17,907 bases of DNA from a virus (lineage: Duplodnaviria > Heunggongvirae > Uroviricota > Caudoviricetes). The notes under the pieces are model-generated. The model ran no database searches and had not been told where the DNA came from. It saw only the letters and a program-made list of their open reading frames with translations. Shown piece by piece: positions 16,573-17,907 of this stretch. Where the stretch lies: IMG/VR virus record IMGVR_UViG_2675903650_000016; one strand, 5' to 3'. Positions within the stretch are counted from its first letter, which is position 1. Each line of letters opens with the position of its first letter. The translations under genes and the position numbers were made by a program.

Positions 16573-16905
16573 TCAGGGTGCAGAAGGACTAAAGATAAAC
16601 GTTTTCTTCACGCCTTTACACGGCCTGTCCTTCTCAAATCGCCATTTTGCCATCGCCTTTACAACCTGCTCATCAAACAAATGGTGCGGCTCTGAACGGA
16701 TAAACTCAATTCGGGTGACAGTACCATCAGCACCAATATCAAACTTCACATCAACCCGTCCCTTTATATAATTTGCCGCTGCATAGGCCGGATATTGTGG
16801 TAATGCCTTAACCAACTGTCGGGGCATATCTGTTTTATGTTGCGTACAGCCCATAACCAGAGAAGACAACAAAATAATTAACGGAAGATTTCTTTTCATT
16901 TTCAT
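16573..16905 (-). CDS. lipoprotein with TonB C-terminal domain
   Basis: About 110 aa. Signal peptide with a lipobox-like LVMGC, then PQYPAYAAANYIKGRVDVKFDIGADGTVTRIEFIRSEPHHLFDEQVVKAMAKWRFE. This aligns closely with the E. coli TonB C-terminal domain as I remember it ([56 protein letters not shown]). Start is ATG at 16905 or 16899; the ORF track begins at a GTG at 16914. Confidence 0.7.
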   Translation of the reverse strand: MKMKRNLPLIILLSSLVMGCTQHKTDMPRQLVKALPQYPAYAAANYIKGRVDVKFDIGADGTVTRIEFIRSEPHHLFDEQVVKAMAKWRFEKDRPCKGVKKTFIFSPSAP

Positions 16906-16919
16906 TCCCGGCACAGATA

Positions 16920-16936
16920 AGAATAAGTCTTATTCT
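16920..16936. promoter_or_regulatory. 17 bp perfect palindrome upstream of the lipoprotein gene
   Basis: AGAATAAG-T-CTTATTCT lies 15 nt upstream of the lipoprotein ATG and overlaps a possible -10 element (TAGAAT). It could be an operator or a 5-prime UTR hairpin. A perfect palindrome of this size has a small but non-negligible chance of occurring randomly in 18 kb. Confidence 0.3.
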
Positions 16937-17243
16937 AACAATGCCACCCTGTCGGTCATCAATCCTCTGTTTAATGGCAACGACAATTATCCGACTTAAA
17001 TCACAAATCAGACACATGACATAACAGAGCTTGCGAGGTAACACATCGTCCGGTTTCTTCCACCATCGCACCGGACCAGCGACCATGAGGGGACAACGCC
17101 GCGCTCCGTTAACGCGGTAAACCCCGGTGTGTATCGTTTTTGATTATCCCCGCACACTCGCGCAGAGGAGTCTCCCGGTCGGGCTGCGGTCTCTGTTAAT
17201 GCAGGAATACGGCGACAATACCGCGCATGGATAATAAGGTCGC

Positions 17244-17468
17244 TCAACACACTGGCTGTAATGCAGCGGATACCATGTGGCATTTAGCGGCATTCATCGT
17301 ACACTCCACGGTTAGCTCTTCATTCGTGGCATTCACCTGAAAGGTCCGGGAGTGTAATTGCGTACATTTACCACTGAACGAACCTTCAACAAGAACACGA
17401 CCACGCTGCAAAATACGGAACGGAATTGTTCCCTGAAAAGGTTCTACGGTTACCCGTAATTTCTTCAT
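17244..17468 (-). CDS. hypothetical small protein translationally coupled to Rz
   Basis: 74 aa ORF. Its ATG overlaps the Rz stop (ATGA) and is preceded by a strong GGAGGA. No family recognised. The C-terminal part overlaps other weak ORFs, so its true length is uncertain. Confidence 0.45.
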   Translation of the reverse strand: MKKLRVTVEPFQGTIPFRILQRGRVLVEGSFSGKCTQLHSRTFQVNATNEELTVECTMNAAKCHMVSAALQPVC

Positions 17469-17907
17469 GTATCCTCCGGATAATAAAAAGCCAGCTTAGT
17501 GCACTGAGTGCGGATATATTCCTGCGCCCCTTCCAGCTGCTTCTGCATTGTCATCAACCGTTCTCTGAGGATGAAATAATCCCGTTCAGCGGTGTCTGCC
17601 AGTCGGGGGCCGGTTGCATTATCCACGCCGGAGGTGCCGGTGGCTTCACGCACGGTACCGGGGCAGGTGGCGTTGACCCGCAGGCGCTTACGACCAGCGG
17701 CAACGTCAGCGCGCAGAGTTTCATTTTCAGCTCTCGCATCGGCTAATTCCCTTGAGTATCTGGCATCAAGCGCAGCAACATCACGCTGGCGCTGCTGCAT
17801 GTCAGTAATGGTTGCGTTTGCCAGCTCCAGCTCACTGGCTTTTTTATCGCGCTGCGCTTTGTAGGTGATGGCGTTATCACGGTAATGGTCTGTTGCCAGC
17901 CACAGCG
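17465..17907 (-). CDS. Rz: spanin inner-membrane subunit Rz (partial, 5-prime end beyond window)
   Basis: The reading frame runs open to the window edge. The translation [69 protein letters not shown]...[31 protein letters not shown] is collinear with lambda Rz as I remember it. Confidence 0.85.
   Translation of the reverse strand, partial: LWLATDHYRDNAITYKAQRDKKASELELANATITDMQQRQRDVAALDARYSRELADARAENETLRADVAAGRKRLRVNATCPGTVREATGTSGVDNATGPRLADTAERDYFILRERLMTMQKQLEGAQEYIRTQCTKLAFYYPEDT
17554..17739 (-). CDS. Rz1: spanin outer-membrane lipoprotein subunit Rz1 (embedded in Rz)
   Basis: 61 aa ORF in the +1 frame inside Rz: [61 protein letters not shown]. Lipobox VVSAC and a proline-rich mature region are collinear with lambda Rz1 as recalled (...[32 protein letters not shown]). 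Confidence 0.8.
   Translation of the reverse strand: MRELKMKLCALTLPLVVSACGSTPPAPVPCVKPPAPPAWIMQPAPDWQTPLNGIISSSENG

Noticed and set aside
16835-17283. Overlapping minus-strand ORFs of 83 and 91 aa between the Rz-coupled gene and the lipoprotein gene
   Set aside because: They overlap each other and the neighbouring genes, lack ribosome-binding sites, and give implausible Cys/Arg-rich peptides. The region is treated as non-coding.
1-17907. Search for tRNA, rRNA, CRISPR arrays, integrase/attachment sites and IS elements
   Set aside because: No cloverleaf-like tRNA candidates, no spaced direct-repeat arrays, no recombinase or transposase ORFs, and no terminal inverted repeats flanking a gene were found. 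The window appears to be entirely inside the prophage late region.

Overview
The window is the late (morphogenetic) region of a lambdoid siphovirus prophage, probably from an Enterobacteriaceae host. Almost everything is transcribed on the minus strand, from high to low coordinates: the end of a lysis cassette (Rz with embedded Rz1), a small unknown gene, a lipoprotein with a TonB C-terminal domain, an HNH endonuclease, a cos-like intergenic region, terminase small and large subunits, an HK97-type head module, and a lambda-like tail module (major tail protein, G and G-T chaperones, tape measure, M, L). Two inserts look like morons: an OmpC-family porin gene between M and L with its own AT-rich promoter and terminator, and the TonB-domain lipoprotein next to a plus-strand ribbon-helix-helix gene. 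The most unusual points are the TonB-mimic lipoprotein, a fused protease-scaffold-capsid gene placed upstream of the portal, a portal with a long repeat-bearing C-terminal extension, and terminator-like hairpins directly upstream of the capsid, major tail and tape measure genes. No tRNA, rRNA, CRISPR array, integrase or IS element was seen. All protein identities come from reading the translations against remembered family signatures; no database search was run, and one sequence line (2221-2280) shows 59 letters, so positions there may be off by one.
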